Of a stretch of DNA of 64,000 nucleotides, positions 1-12,490 are shown in pieces. Below the pieces are notes generated by a model that saw only the letters and a program-made list of their open reading frames with translations, had not been told where the DNA came from and made no database searches. The stretch covers positions 22,410,472-22,474,471 of the forward strand of contig NC_068981.1 in NCBI RefSeq assembly GCF_001194135.2, in the 5' to 3' direction. The stretch is from Octopus bimaculoides (Eukaryota). How positions within the stretch are numbered: the stretch's first letter is position 1; the number at the start of each line of letters is the position of its first letter. The position numbers and the translations under genes are program-made.

Positions 1-171
1 TACAGGCGCACTTAATATGGAAAGTTTAAAAAATGAACTATACATAAAAATTTTTAATTCATAAGTACAAAAAGAAAATCAGAAAAAATATTGGCTATTT
101 TGTTTTATTGCTTACCCTTTACGTTTAAAAAAAATTATAAAATGTTTTTAAAAAATTTCAACCATTGATAA

Positions 172-380
172 TTCTTTCTACTATAGGCACAAGGCTTGAA
201 ATTTGGGGGAGGGGCATAGTTGATTACATCGACCCAATACTCGTCTGGTACTTTTTTTACTGACCCCAAAACGGATGAAACGTAAAGTCGACCTTGGCGG
301 AATTTGAACTCAGAACGTGATGACAGACGAAATACCACTAAGCATTCCGTCCGGCTTGCTAACGATTCTGCCAGCTCATT
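172..380 (-). mobile_element. tRNA-derived SINE family A, tail type 1 (GGCCTTGTGCC-type end)
   Basis: Minus strand reads GAGCTGGCAGAATCGTTAGC (A-box-like) ... GAGTTCAAATTCCGCC (B box) ... GTCGATGTAATC; more than 15 copies in the window. Confidence 0.85.
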
Positions 381-555
381 GCTTTGCCTCCAGCCATTAA
401 AAACGGTTCTCAAAAGTCTTACCTTAAAAAATCTCCAGTACAGCGTCTAAGAAGAAATAGTACATGCTGGACAATATTGTCCAAGTTACAATGCCTGACA
501 AATAGATACAAAATATAAAATTAAAATAAAGAAATAAATTAAATAAAAACAAAAC

Positions 556-1015
556 GGTCGTAGCTGATCTGCCTTTGGTCGTAGGTCTCGCAGATCAGTA
601 CCAGGTTGGAACTAGTCGCTGGTCACTCTCCGCGGCAACGCCATCGCAGTCATGTCCACACATGGCCGCCGCATATGGGGTGCACTCGACGGCACTGTCC
701 CCTTACTCTTCAATGGTGCATTCTCAGATTTACTCCACTTTAGCATTAGTACAAATTAGTACCCACCCAGAATATTTCGAAGCGCCCTCGCCCCATACAC
801 CAAAATCTGGCGACGGGCCTGTGTCTGCAGGGCGCGGTCGAACACGCCATTTGTTCTGGGATGTATTCCTTACCGCCATATTTTACTGCACACCCCACCA
901 CATTTTTTCTTTCTTTTTGTTTCTTTGTAATAAAATTGTGATTCTTTATGTAAATAAAACTAATTTTGATTAATAAATGTAATAAATCAAAAACAAAAAA
1001 GAAGAAAAAAAAAAG
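556..1015 (+). other. GC-rich island ending in several AATAAA and an A-rich tail; possible retroposed 3' fragment
   Basis: Visibly GC-richer than its AT-rich flanks; 9-bp stem CTGATCTGC/GCAGATCAG near 564-598; AATAAA motifs near 928-990 followed by an A-run. No family recognised. Confidence 0.3.
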
Positions 1016-1238
1016 GAAAAAGTAGCACGTCTCGAAAATTGCCGTACTTATTTCACTAGACATCAACAATAGTCGGAAACGTGTCTTTGTAAATCAACAT
1101 AATTGTTTCTTTCTTCCATCCTGCATGACTGCTGGTGATTTATGCTGATTTATTGTGGACGTAGTTATTCATATAAGGCGTTGTCGTAGTAGGGAAGGGG
1201 AAATGAGTTTGTATGACTTTTTTTTTTTTTTTTGTCAG

Positions 1239-1241
1239 CAA
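1239..1241 (+). other. candidate 3-nt microexon (CAA)
   Basis: Long poly-T tract + GTCAG | CAA | GTAAGT: strong acceptor and perfect donor 3 nt apart. Confidence 0.25.
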
Positions 1242-1289
1242 GTAAGTCTGAAATAAAATAACATGCTACAACCATTTTGAGTGAGAATG

Positions 1290-1420
1290 TCACGAGCCAA
1301 CGCGGAAGTCTCAGAGTGGTCGGTCGCGCGGTCACTTAAAAAGCGAACCAAATCTCATTCGTATCACTCACCCCCTACAGCAGCGGTCCTCAGTTTTAAA
1401 ATTTAAATTTTTACTTCGTT
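1290..1420 (+). promoter_or_regulatory. candidate core promoter
   Basis: CpG-rich, non-repetitive; GCGGAAGT ETS-like site near 1301, TTAAAAAG TATA-like box near 1335, Inr-like TCATTC/TCAGTT downstream. Confidence 0.3.
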
Positions 1421-1544
1421 TCACACTGGAGACGAAAGATAAAACTTATTGGTATACCTCGTATGGAAAGTTTAAGAACACTGTTCCAGAGTATGAAATA
1501 TTGAAAATTATCTAGTTTTATTGATATTACTCTTTTACGCTTTT

Positions 1545-1729
1545 ATTCTTTTACTTGTTTCAGTCATTTGACTGCGGCCATGCTGGAGCACCGCCTTTAG
1601 TCGAGCAAATCGACCCCAGGACTTATTCTTTGGAAGCCTAGTTCTTATTCTATCGGTCTGTTTTGCCGAACCGCTAATTTACGGGGACGTAAGCACACCA
1701 ACATCGGTTGTCAAGCGATGTTGGGGGCA

Positions 1730-1779
<50 letters not shown>

Positions 1780-1947
1780 CGACGGGCTTCTTTCAGTTTC
1801 CGTCTACCAAACCAAATCCACTCACAAGGCTTTGGTCTGCCCGAGGCTATAGTAGAAGACACTTGCCCAAGGTGCCACGTAGTGGGACTGAAACCAGAAC
1901 CATGTGGCTGGTAAGCAAGCTACTTACCACACAGCTACTCCTGCGCC
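1545..1947 (-). mobile_element. tRNA-derived SINE family B (internal CA/GT microsatellite), full length
   Basis: Minus strand begins GGCGCAGGAGTAGCTGTGTGGTAAG, has GGTTTCAGTCCC B-box-like and GGCACCTTGGGCAAGTGTCTT motifs, ends ...GACTGAAACAAGTAAAAGA; many copies in the window. Confidence 0.9.
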
Positions 1948-2194
1948 TAGGCTTGACTATATAGTTAAGAAATTCACTTTGTGACCACATAGGATTGGGT
2001 TTGGTTCCACTGAGAGGCACCTCGAGCAAGTTTCTTCTACTAAAAGCCCGGCAATAGCCCCGGAACAACTGATTCTTTGTGAGTGAATCTGATTGCGTAC
2101 ATACATACATACATACATACATGTGTGTGTGTGTGTATTATCGATCGCTCATATATTGTGTATGTGTTTTGTTTATACGCCAAATTTAAAGCAG

Positions 2195-2361
2195 GATATC
2201 GCCCAGGGAAAGCTCTCCACACGATGTCGAGTGTTAAAGAACACCTGAATGTCACAGACCAGGCGAAACAACTTGCCTCTGAATCACTGAGAATGGCAGA
2301 TATTTCGCCATTATTATGGCTTATCAACACCATGCATACGGATCATCTCGAAACAAAATGA
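2195..2361 (+). CDS. candidate coding/terminal exon, unknown protein (GYRPGKALHTMSSVKEHLNVTDQAKQLASESLRMADISPLLWLINTMHTDHLETK*)
   Basis: Non-repetitive ORF after a TAAAG/CAG acceptor; no homology recognised. Confidence 0.2.
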
Positions 2362-3290
2362 ACCGCTGTTCTGTGACTTCCAATATGTGACGGTGAAGTA
2401 ACAAACACAGTAGATTTTCAGATTAAATACATCCTAGTATTTGGTGCCAGAGTCCCTAATGCTGTTATGAGATTGAAAAAATATATCACATATCAAAATA
2501 TGTATTAATTTGCTCTAAATATAAATGTAATTACAGAAAGTTATCAAAATTAAGGTAAATAAACTTTAACTTACGGTTGTAATTATTGAACCGTAATGTT
2601 TTGAATAAAATTTTACGACTGAATTAAACAAAATGTATCTTACAGATTGACAAAGATGTTATTAAGAATTAAATGCCAGTCAGCAGATATATTAACATCC
2701 CACTCGCTAATACACATTAAATTTGTTAAATGATCGCTTTGCCTCGCATATCAAAAAGTACATACGCTTATTATGTTCAGGAACTCTAAACATAATTTCT
2801 GAACTGTTGCAGTGCATGTAGCTCGATTATAACGATACATCTTCTGGGGAAATGCTTATAGAGGACGTAATACAAAATTCCTGCTATTTATATACGCATC
2901 AATCTGTAATTGTCGACTTTTTTTTACTTACATTCGCTTTTTTTTTTCTTTTTTTTATAAGGTAGCCAAGGTGAAGACAAGGTATTATCGGTTGGACCAA
3001 ATATTTGTATCTATGGAAAGCTTTGGTGCATTATAGTTTCGGTGCATTAAAGTTTTAGTGCATTATGGTTCATTATAATTTTATTTCTGTGGGGGCTCAT
3101 CTGAAGTCATCAATCGACATAAATCGATCAGAACATCAGTAAAGATACTTAAGGAGGAGGTTCGGGTTCAAAGTTCAACAATTCAACGAATTCAAAACCG
3201 CTTAGATACGGAAGGCGATTAATTTGAGAATTTGCGACAATTTTGGACGTATAAAGTTATTTTTCATTGCATCCAATGGTTCAGCCTCTC

Positions 3291-3321
<31 letters not shown>

Positions 3322-3439
3322 NNNNNNNNNNCCACTGAGGAGGGAGCCAGTTTCCAACAAAGATACAAGGCTCTATCTTTGGGATGTAGTTAACACAGAC
3401 ACATTCACATTTGGAACTTGAGAAAAGTCTTGCATATCT

Positions 3440-3688
3440 TTATTGTTCCACTCACAGATTGCACTTATAATGTACGAATTAGGCAGTCGATTTCTCTTTC
3501 TGAAAATCCCAGTTTATCCAGATTCTCCTGTAAGCATTTACTAACAAAACCTAGTGCTCCAATTATTATTGGCATGAATATGAATTCGTAGTCTGGATAT
3601 AGAAGCTGGAGGTTTCGAAGCAGTTGTACATAGTTATTGTCTTTTTCTTTGATTTTTCAAGAAGATATTCATACCTGCAGGGCAGCTA
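3440..3688. repeat. unclassified interspersed repeat (second copy 21367-21618)
   Basis: TTATTGTTCCACTCACAGATTGCACTTATAATGTACG ... AGAAGCTGGAGGTTTCGAAGC ... GGGCAGCT aligns with 21367-21618. Confidence 0.7.
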
Positions 3689-4010
3689 TGCATGTGTGTA
3701 TGTATGTATGTATGTATGTATGTATGCATGTGTGTATGTATGTATGTATGTATGTATGTATGTATGTATGTATGTATGTATGTGTGTATGTATGTATGTA
3801 TGTATGTATGTATGTATGTATGTATGCTTGTATGTATGTATGTATGTATGTATGTGTGTATGTATGTATGTATGTATGCATGTATGCATGTGTGTATGTA
3901 TGTATGTATGTATGTATGTATGTATGTATGTATGCATGTGTGTATGTATGTATGTATGTATGTATGCATGTGTGTATGTATGTATGTATGTATGCATGTG
4001 TGTATGTATA
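3689..4010. repeat. (TATG)n microsatellite with interruptions
   Basis: Direct reading; it generates the VCMY/HTYI pseudo-ORFs. Confidence 0.98.
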
Positions 4011-4160
4011 GTTTGATATAACGTATAGTAAGTAATTCAATGCAATTCAATGGAGTAATTATTTTGGTAAAATTAAAGAAGTGAAACTGGAAGGTGTGCA
4101 TACACCATTTGCATGTATGTATGTATGTATGTGCACTTATATATTGCACACACATACACA

Positions 4161-4197
<37 letters not shown>

Positions 4198-5377
4198 GCA
4201 TGTATACTTACATATATATACCTACACACTACACACACAATCATCTTATCTTCAGGAAACTATTATAGTTCTTCAGTTGATAACCATAATGACTTTTTTA
4301 GGAGGTGTGGGGGTGATTAAATATATATATCAACTATTACTTGAAAGAACGTGTTCACTAAGCACGCTTACTCCATAAGCACGCAAACGCGCGCACACAC
4401 ACACGCACACACACATGTACACCGTCTCTCTCTCTCTCTCTCTCTCTCTCCCTTTCATTTCTTCTCCCTCTCACACAAGCACGTTTAAATACACAAACCC
4501 GTTACTCGGAAGAAGACTGCACCTTAAATAACATACTTTGATTCACACATGGACCTGTGTGCATGCGCATGCGTATATGAGTGTGTTTGCGCATAATTAA
4601 TGTGATGTGTGTGTGTGTGTGTGCGTGCGTGTCTGTACAAACAGTGATGATGGTGGTGGTGGTGGTGGTGGTGGTGGTGAAATATGTGTAGACAATTCAA
4701 TGCTATATGTCTAATTAATTACTTAACAGAGAAGTTTATTGCGAATAGTCTGACGCCACAGCGAGCAGGGCTCTTCTTGTCGAAAGCTTTGCTTTTGAAG
4801 GTATGTACGTTATGTTCATGTACGTGTGTACATCTGGAGATAATATAATATATATACCACATCTACACGCATAATACATATATATACGACGTCAGAGAAT
4901 AAATACTATCTTAGTTTTTATCTCAAACGTTGATAGTTTTGCTAAATTAAGCAACACTGTGAGTTCGGAAGACACCCTTGTCCCACCATCACCGTCAAAC
5001 ACATAAAAAGACCAAAACAAAACAATCTGGGAGACTAATGAGGGACCGTCTACGTGCTCGCTTGATCTACTAGAAATAGCAGCGAAATTTCCCTCAAACC
5101 ACACAAATACCATTTTGAAAAAGAGAAGGACGTTTTGAGTGATGTAGTTCCTGAGAACATTCTCTGGTAAAAAAAAAAAATGAGATGGTCTTGGCTGGAG
5201 CGCTTTAACCATAGGCCTGCTAGATCAGAGTTGATCTTCGTGTTAAACAACAATGACAATGACGATACCCACAAACAAAACCAGCAGCAGCAGCAGCAGC
5301 AATGACAACGATGACGACGACGCCAACAGTAATTTCGCAAACGGCAGCAGCAGCAAGTACGTCAACAATATCGGTTT

Positions 5378-5781
5378 CAAATTTTGGCACAAGGCCAGAA
5401 ATTTGGGGTAAGGATAAAGTCAATTAATCGACTCCAGTGCTCAGCTGGTATTTATTTTATCGACCAAGAAAGGATGGAAGGCAAAGTCGACCTCAGCGGA
5501 ATTCCCGGCGCAGTAACGATTCTTATTTCTTTATTGCCCACAAGGGGCTAAACATAGAGAGGACAAACAAGGACAGATGAAGTGATTAAGTCGATTACAT
5601 CGACCCCAGTGCATAACTGGTACTTAATTTATCGTCCCCGAAAGGATGAAAGGCAAAGTTGACCTCGACGGAATTTGAACACAGAACGTAACGGCAGACG
5701 AAATACCGCTCAGCATTTCGCCCGGCGTGCTTACGTTTCTGCCAACTCGTCGCGCAGTAACGATTCTGACAGCTCGCCGAC
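5378..5781 (-). mobile_element. nested SINE A: tail-type-2 copy (5524-5751) inserted in the head of a type-1 copy
   Basis: 16-bp duplication GCGCAGTAACGATTCT at 5508-5523 and 5752-5767 flanks a complete inner copy ending GGGCAATAAAGAAATA on the minus strand. Confidence 0.85.
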
Positions 5782-6209
5782 TTAGCAACACCATCAAAAC
5801 CAACAGCTGTATCACATATGACTGGACTTGGGCTAAGAGAACAGGAGATAAGCTGCAAGCGAGCCCAGTATGCGAGCATATTCCACTTCCTGTTTCACTT
5901 AGTTCGCACGTCATGTCTATTACAAGAAGATATCACTCGAATTGCAAAATCGCCCTTCGTCTCTCTTTAATTCTATTTGCACCTTTCCCCCGGATTAAAC
6001 ACTTAATGGGTTTTAACAAGTTCTGCCGCAAATGTCATCTACAAAGTATCAAGAAAGTGACATATGGATGTACAAGAGAAAAACAACATCAAAACATGCA
6101 AATATATGAAGTTTACGGTCACAGCTTCCATACATTTTACATGTTAAACAAATGTGCATATAAATGGGATGGAGTGTGCGCGCAGTTATGTATGTATGTA
6201 TGTATGTGT

Positions 6210-6600
6210 GGAGGCGCAATGGCCCAGTGGTTAGGGCAGCGGACTCGCCGTCGTAGGATCGCGGTTTCGATTCCCAGACCGGGCGTTGTGAGTGTTTATC
6301 GAGCGAAAACACCTAAAAAGCTCCACGAGGATCCGGCGGGGGATGGTGGCGAACCCTGTTATACTCTTTCACCACAACTTTCTCTCACTCTTACTTCCTG
6401 TTTCTGTTGTGCCTGTAATTCAAAGGGTTAGCCTTGTCACACTGTGTCACGCTGAATAACCCCGAGAACTACGTTAAGGGTACACGTGTCTGTGGAGTGC
6501 TCAGCCACTTGCACGTTAATTTCACGAGCAGGCTGTTCCGTTGATCGGATCAACTGGAACCCTCGACGTCGTAAGCGACGGAGTGCCAACAACAACAACA
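6210..6600 (+). mobile_element. tRNA-derived SINE family C with (CAA)n tail
   Basis: GGAGGCGCAATGGCCCAGTGGTTAGG (A box), GGTTTCGATTCCC (B box), ends GACGGAGTGCCAACAACAAC; four copies in the window. Confidence 0.9.
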
Positions 6601-6984
6601 GCAATGTATGTATGTTGAAGGCATGTGAAATTTGGAGGGTTCAATGGGAAGAGCAATGCTTGTCATCACCACTAATGAAGAAAACGAGGAAAGGGTGGAG
6701 TGGGTAATTTCGAAAAACACATTTTTCATGCAGAATTTAAGCGAGCTGCATGAAAGCGATTCGCCAATGTAGTGAATGGGAACCAAAGGTGTGGAGCACC
6801 ATGTTCTTAATGGTCAGTGGTGGTCTTCCTCGTTTAGGGGTGGAAAGCTATCAAGTATATATTACCTATGTATATGTGTGTGTTTACACACGCGCTTACA
6901 CGCATACGCACATGGTGAAACGTACGTAAGAACATATAACAAATATGTGCTTATCGTAATTCCTTTTTCTCTTTATACTCTTTT

Positions 6985-7383
6985 ACTCTTTTACTTGTTT
7001 TAGTCATTTGACTGTGGCCATGCTGGAGCATCGCCTTTAGTCGAGCAAATCAACCCCAGGACTTATTCTTTGTAAGCCTAGTACTTATTCTATCGGTCTA
7101 TTTTGACAGACGAAATACCGCAAAGCATTTCGCCCGGCGTGCTAACGTTTCTTATTTCTTTATTGCCCACAAGGGGCTAAACATAGAGAGGACAAACAAG
7201 GACAGACAAAGGGGTTAAGTCGATTACATCGACCCCAGTGCGTAACTGGTACTTAATTTATCGACCCCGAAATGATGAAAGGCAAAGTCAACCTCGGCGG
7301 AATTTGAACTCAGAACATAAAGACAGACGAAATACCGCTAAGCATTTCGCCTGGCGTGCTAACATTTCTGCCAGCTCGCCGCC
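6985..7383 (-). mobile_element. SINE stack: type-2 SINE A (7153-7383) abutting a partial SINE A head, joined to a SINE B 3' part
   Basis: Minus strand ...GGGCAATAAAGAAATA|AGAAACGTTAGCACGCCGGG... then switches to SINE B sequence at about 7105. Confidence 0.8.
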
Positions 7384-7931
7384 ATATATATACTGATATA
7401 TTGATGAAGGAATCTATGTATGTCTGTATACTTATTCATACGTTTGTATGCATGCATGCATGCGCTCGCGCGCGTGTGTGTACGTCAGGCGGTGAACTGG
7501 CGAAGTCGTTAGAGCGTCGGATAGAATACCTTGCGGTTATGTTCCGGCTTTTTACTTTCTGACGGCAACGCCTACGACACCATATTGGCCTCGTCTTGCT
7601 CTTGGAAAATATCGGTGAGGTCGGGATCAGAGACTTGCATGCATGGCCAACAACTGCTCTTCCATGAAACCATTATCAAGGCCTACGCCTTGGAGAGGAA
7701 ACATCCAACTACAGATTCATAGTCTCACGAGACATACAGAATCTTCATGCATGCATACATACATACATACATACATACATACATACATACGTATATGTAT
7801 GAGTATAAATATGTTTATGTAGATATATACATGTACACAAAATCATAGGTGTGTGTGTCTATGTGCGTCTGTTCGTGTGTCTGTGAGTGTGTATTTATTT
7901 ATGTATATAGATATGTGTATATGTTTGTCTA

Positions 7932-7975
<44 letters not shown>

Positions 7976-8514
7976 GTGTTTGTATGTGTGTGTTTGTGTA
8001 TGTGAATATGTATGCCATTTCCTTTGATTGCTTGCATTCCTCCTTTAAGGAAGGAGTTGGTTTCTAACAAAGTCCCATTGCTGGGAGCTTACGCATAAAA
8101 GTGTGTGCAACCCAGTTTATTCTCCTTTGCTTGAAAATCTCAACTTTTGCTGATTGTCGCTAGCCAAACGTACAATGATTGTTGAAATAAAAGTGAATTC
8201 ATTCTCAGAGTGCATAAGCTGCATGCTTTGAAGCTGTTGTTCACAAACCTTTTCCTTCTTGATCATATGGAAGAAATGTTCACATCTTCTGGACAGCTGG
8301 CTTCTATTATTGTGTATGAATTTTCTTTCCTGTCTCAAATAACTATTATCAGGCCTCTAATGTTTGCACTCGGCTCTACTTTTGATGAGATTGCTTCACT
8401 GATATGTATGTATTTGTGTTTACACACACACACACACACACTTTCGCGCTTTCTCGCACACACACATACACACGTACATATGTATATGCAAGTACGTATG
8501 AATGCATGTATATA

Positions 8515-9398
8515 CGTGGTCTGATCAATAAGTATCCGGCCTATTGCCATAGTAACGAAGCTAAAGTACGCAGAGTGAAGCCGCTTGGCACAGATTGACC
8601 TTGAACTCTGCTGTGTATGCGCACTAAGCTTTAACATTCTAGCTCACTTCTGCTGTTTTCTGCAGTGCTTGAAAGGAAGGTGTGTAGCGTGTGATCGTCT
8701 TATTGACCATGACAAAGTAAGTTGTCATGGCGTTACCTGCTCAGAGGCCTGCGCAAGGTTAAAGAAAGTGTATGGAGAAGAGTGTATAAGCCGCACACCA
8801 ATGTACGAGTGGTTCAGACATTTCAAAGATGGCCGAAAAATGTTGACATTGACAAACGTCCTGGAAGATCCACAGCCAGCAGAACTGAGAAAGACATCGC
8901 AAGCCGTGAGGGGAAAACGTCGAATCACCATCCATGAGTTATCAGAGGATGTGCAGATTAGTTACAGTTCAGTTCAGTCCATTATCACGGAAGATTTGGA
9001 TATGAGACGCGCATCTGCAAAGTTTGTGCCAAAACTGCCTTCAGTTGACCAAAAACGACACTTGGGTTTTAGTTGCACAAGATCTCCATGATTATGTCAA
9101 GAACGATGAAAACATTTTGAAAACTTTGCGTGGGCCTCTGAGCAGGTATCGGCAAGCTTTTGGTGAAATTTGATGCAGATTTTCTGCTCAACTTTCTCTT
9201 TCGCGGTCAATACGACGATCACACGCTACACACCTTCCTTCCAGGCACTGCTGTAAACAACCGAAGTGAGCTAGAACGTTAAAACTTAGTGCACATGTAC
9301 AGCAGAGTACATGGTCAATCTTAGCCAAGTGGCTTCACTCTGCATGCTTTAGCTTCGTTACTATATCAACATTTCGGACACTTACTGATCAGACCACA
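8515..9398 (+). mobile_element. non-autonomous mariner derivative with very long inverted ends
   Basis: TA target duplication at 8513-8514 and 9399-9400; inverted repeats 8515-8708 / 9205-9398, continuing to 9121 on the right. Confidence 0.9.
8730..9090 (+). pseudogene. mariner transposase N-terminal fragment (HTH region to the FVPK linker); no DDD domain
   Basis: TCSEACARLKKVYGEECISRTPMYEWFRHFKDGR ... RRITIHELSEDVQISYSSVQSIITEDLDMRRASAKFVPKL matches the mariner HTH and WVPx linker pattern. Confidence 0.9.
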
Positions 9399-9424
9399 TA
9401 GGTATGTATATATGTATGCATGTA

Positions 9425-9525
<101 letters not shown>

Positions 9526-10070
9526 GTCTGTCTGTCTATATAATACACACACACACACACATGTATATATATATAATTTTCCTTTTTATTAAGACATAAG
9601 CTGAGGGTTTGTTTCACGACTCGAATGATGATTGCACCGCCGTGAAACTCGAAACAAACTCTCAGCTTCAGTTTTAATTTAAAAATATCTTTCTTATTTG
9701 TTCGACATTAATAACATACGTATACACACACGTACGCACGCGCACACACACACACAACCACTTCAAATAAACAAGGAATTCAAAACGAAAAGAAGGAAAA
9801 CAACGAATGTGAGGACGTGCACAAGAAGTTTATTAGCTTGACGCTCGGCGAAAGGAGAGAGTTAAACGTTTTGAGCATAGCTCTTCGTCCGAAAGGAGAA
9901 AGGGGAAAAGTCCAAAGAAGGAGACAAAGAAAAAAAAGAATTCGCCAACGGCCCACGTTAAGTTACATTGCTGATAGTTTGATAAGTGCCAACACACGAA
10001 ACTCTTGGACATTGAGTCACTCTGCTACTTCTGCTTAATATTAATAAAAATACATATATACGCGTCTGTA

Positions 10071-10113
<43 letters not shown>

Positions 10114-10745
10114 NNNNNNNNNNNNNNNNNNNNNNNNNNNNNNNNNNNNNNNNNNNNNNNNNNNNNNNNNNNNNNNNNNNNNNNNNNNNNNNNNNNNNNN
10201 NNNNNNNNNNNNNNNNNNNNNNNNNNNNNNNNNNNNNNNNNNNNNNNNNNNNNNNNNNNNNNNNNNNNNNNNNNNNNNNNNNNNNNNNNNNNNNNNNNNN
10301 NNNNNNNNNNNNNNNNNNNNNNNNNNNNNNNNNNNNNNNNNNNNNNNNNNNNNNNNNNNNNNNNNNNNNNNNNNNNNNNNNNNNNNNNNNNNNNNNNNNN
10401 NNNNNNNNNNNNNNNNNNNNNNNNNNNNNNNNNNNNNNNNNNNNNNNNNNNNNNNNNNNNNNNNNNNNNNNNNNNNNNNNNNNNNNNNNNNNNNNNNNNN
10501 NNNNNNNNNNNNNNNNNNNNNNNNNNNNNNNNNNNNNNNNNNNNNNNNNNNNNNNNNNNNNNNNNNNNNNNNNNNNNNNNNNNNNNNNNNNNNNNNNNNN
10601 NNNNNNNNNNNNNNNNNNNNNNNNNNNNNNNNNNNNNNNNNNNNNNNNNNNNNNNNNNNNNNNNNNNNNNNNNNNNNNNNNNNNNNNNNNNNNNNNNNNN
10701 NNNNNNNNNNNNNNNNNNNNNNNNNNNNNNNNNNNNNNNNNNNNN

Positions 10746-10800
<55 letters not shown>

Positions 10801-10801
<1 letters not shown>

Positions 10802-11222
10802 GTAATTGTTCAGTTTAGTTAAATTTTAAAAAAAGTAAACAAAAATTAAGGGGCAGATAACTAGTTAAGGGACAAACATATGTCAGCATAAATACTGTAT
10901 GTTATTTATTTTGGAATTGATCAGAATGGTACGTGAAAGACAAGCAGGACCGCAATTCATTGTTCCTGAAATTGAAATCCTCAACCGTGAATCAATCTTG
11001 GAATATTACCCAATCAGCCGAATCACGCGACAAGTTTCTTCAGTGGTTGGCACGGCGTCGACTAATTATGAATTTATACATGTGCGAAAATTGTAATTCG
11101 CCATGTTACCTTACTACATAATTTGTTGTTTAACAGGAAGTTGACTTATGTATGTCACTTTACTTGTTATCTCCCCCTTAATTTTTATTTACTTTTTTTA
11201 ACACCACTAAACTGAACAATTA
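10801..11222 (+). mobile_element. MITE/deletion derivative, probably Merlin (IS1595-like)
   Basis: About 85-bp imperfect TIRs starting GGTAATTGTTCAGTTTAG; internal ORF FLQWLARRRLIMNLYMCENCNSPCYL resembles the CxxC N-terminus of Merlin-type transposases. Confidence 0.5.
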
Positions 11223-12084
11223 TGTATGTCCTTCAGTTTTTCTATGTTCTGTAAAAGAACTCGGAAGACTGGGCCTCCAAGCAGGACTTTCGCGTGTATC
11301 TTTATTTCTCTATCACTATATATATGTTTTCTATTCTCTACCCGTATCTCTCCATCTCTCTCCAATGCTCAGCGAAATATAGTCAAATGGAAAACCAACT
11401 TAAATTAGTTGGTAAAGTTTTATACGTATGTAAAAAAAAAAAAAAATTACGAAGACACTTTTGGCCAGTAGTAGTTAACTTGATTAAAAATTTGAAAAAA
11501 AGAAAAAATTGATAAAGAAATGAGTTTTTGTTTAAAATGGTAAAAATCTACACATACCATAGTGATTTTTAAAAAAATGGTAAGCTTCTGAAGTGAGTGA
11601 CACATGAATTATATAGTATCTTATAATTGCTTAATTATTCGCTTAACTGAAATTTATTAGATTGCGAAACATTGCAAAACAATTACATCCTGAAAGAGCC
11701 GCGTTAGCAATTTAAAAACACACGAAAATTGTTACATTAATTTAAATAACTCTTTAGTATTATATACTATAAAATATCAAAGTTTCGTCTCACGTCTACA
11801 ACCAAGAAATTTATAACATTTTACTGGATCTCAAAATTGTGTGAATGAGGAAACTTTGTGACATTTGCTAGTAGATGATATTATGAAGGAATAAACGAAA
11901 TTGAATACAACAATTTTGTATGTTTTATTGATTTTAAATGTTTACTGTGACTCTTTCGCGGCGAAATATTTCAATTTCAACTCACAATCTCGGATCAAGT
12001 CACTGGACAAGCAAGTTCAACACCGAAATAGTAATTTGCTTAAACTGCATACCCACGTCTATCTTTCTTGTGTCCAAATATTTC

Positions 12085-12490
12085 TTTCTACTATAGGTAC
12101 AAGGCCTGAAATTTTGAGAGAGAGGGCTAGGCGATAACATCGATCCCAGTGCTCAACTGGTATTTATTCTATCGAGCCCGAAAGGATGAAAGGAAAAGTC
12201 AACCTCGACGGATCTTAAACTCAGAACGTAAAGAACAGGAAGAAATACCGAGAAGTATTTTGTCCGGCGTGCAAACGATTCTGCCAGCGCTCACCTTGTT
12301 TCTCCAATATTGGTTTCAAGTTTTGGCACAAGGCAAGAAGTTCGGGTGAGGGAGCAAGTCGATTTCGTCAACCCTAGTACTCATTCAACTGGTACTTATT
12401 TTATCGACCCCGAAAGGACAAAAGGTAAAGTCGGCTTCGGCGGAATTTGAACTCATAACATAAAGACGGACGATTTTGCCAGGTCGCTGC
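12085..12490 (-). mobile_element. two adjacent degenerate SINE A copies
   Basis: GGCACAAGGC/GGTACAAGGC tails, ATCGACCCCGAAAGGA and AATTTGAACTCA motifs. Confidence 0.8.

Noticed and set aside
835-865. TRHLFWD as a LINE RT zinc-binding motif
   Set aside because: Lacks the upstream CxxC and the terminal Cys; too short to assign.
2700-2820. LLNDRFASHIKK as a GIY-YIG (Penelope) fragment
   Set aside because: No GIY/YIG motifs in frame, and the frame is closed by stops; insufficient support.
3624-4378. Overlapping 100-185 aa ORFs (VCMY/HTYI repeats); similar at 19910-21164 and elsewhere
   Set aside because: Translations of TATG/CA/TA microsatellites, which lack stop codons.
10005-10805. Long ORFs of 200-266 aa here and at 26342-27141, 31552-32260 and 47254-47752
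   Set aside because: They only span N assembly gaps (poly-X); not evidence of coding.
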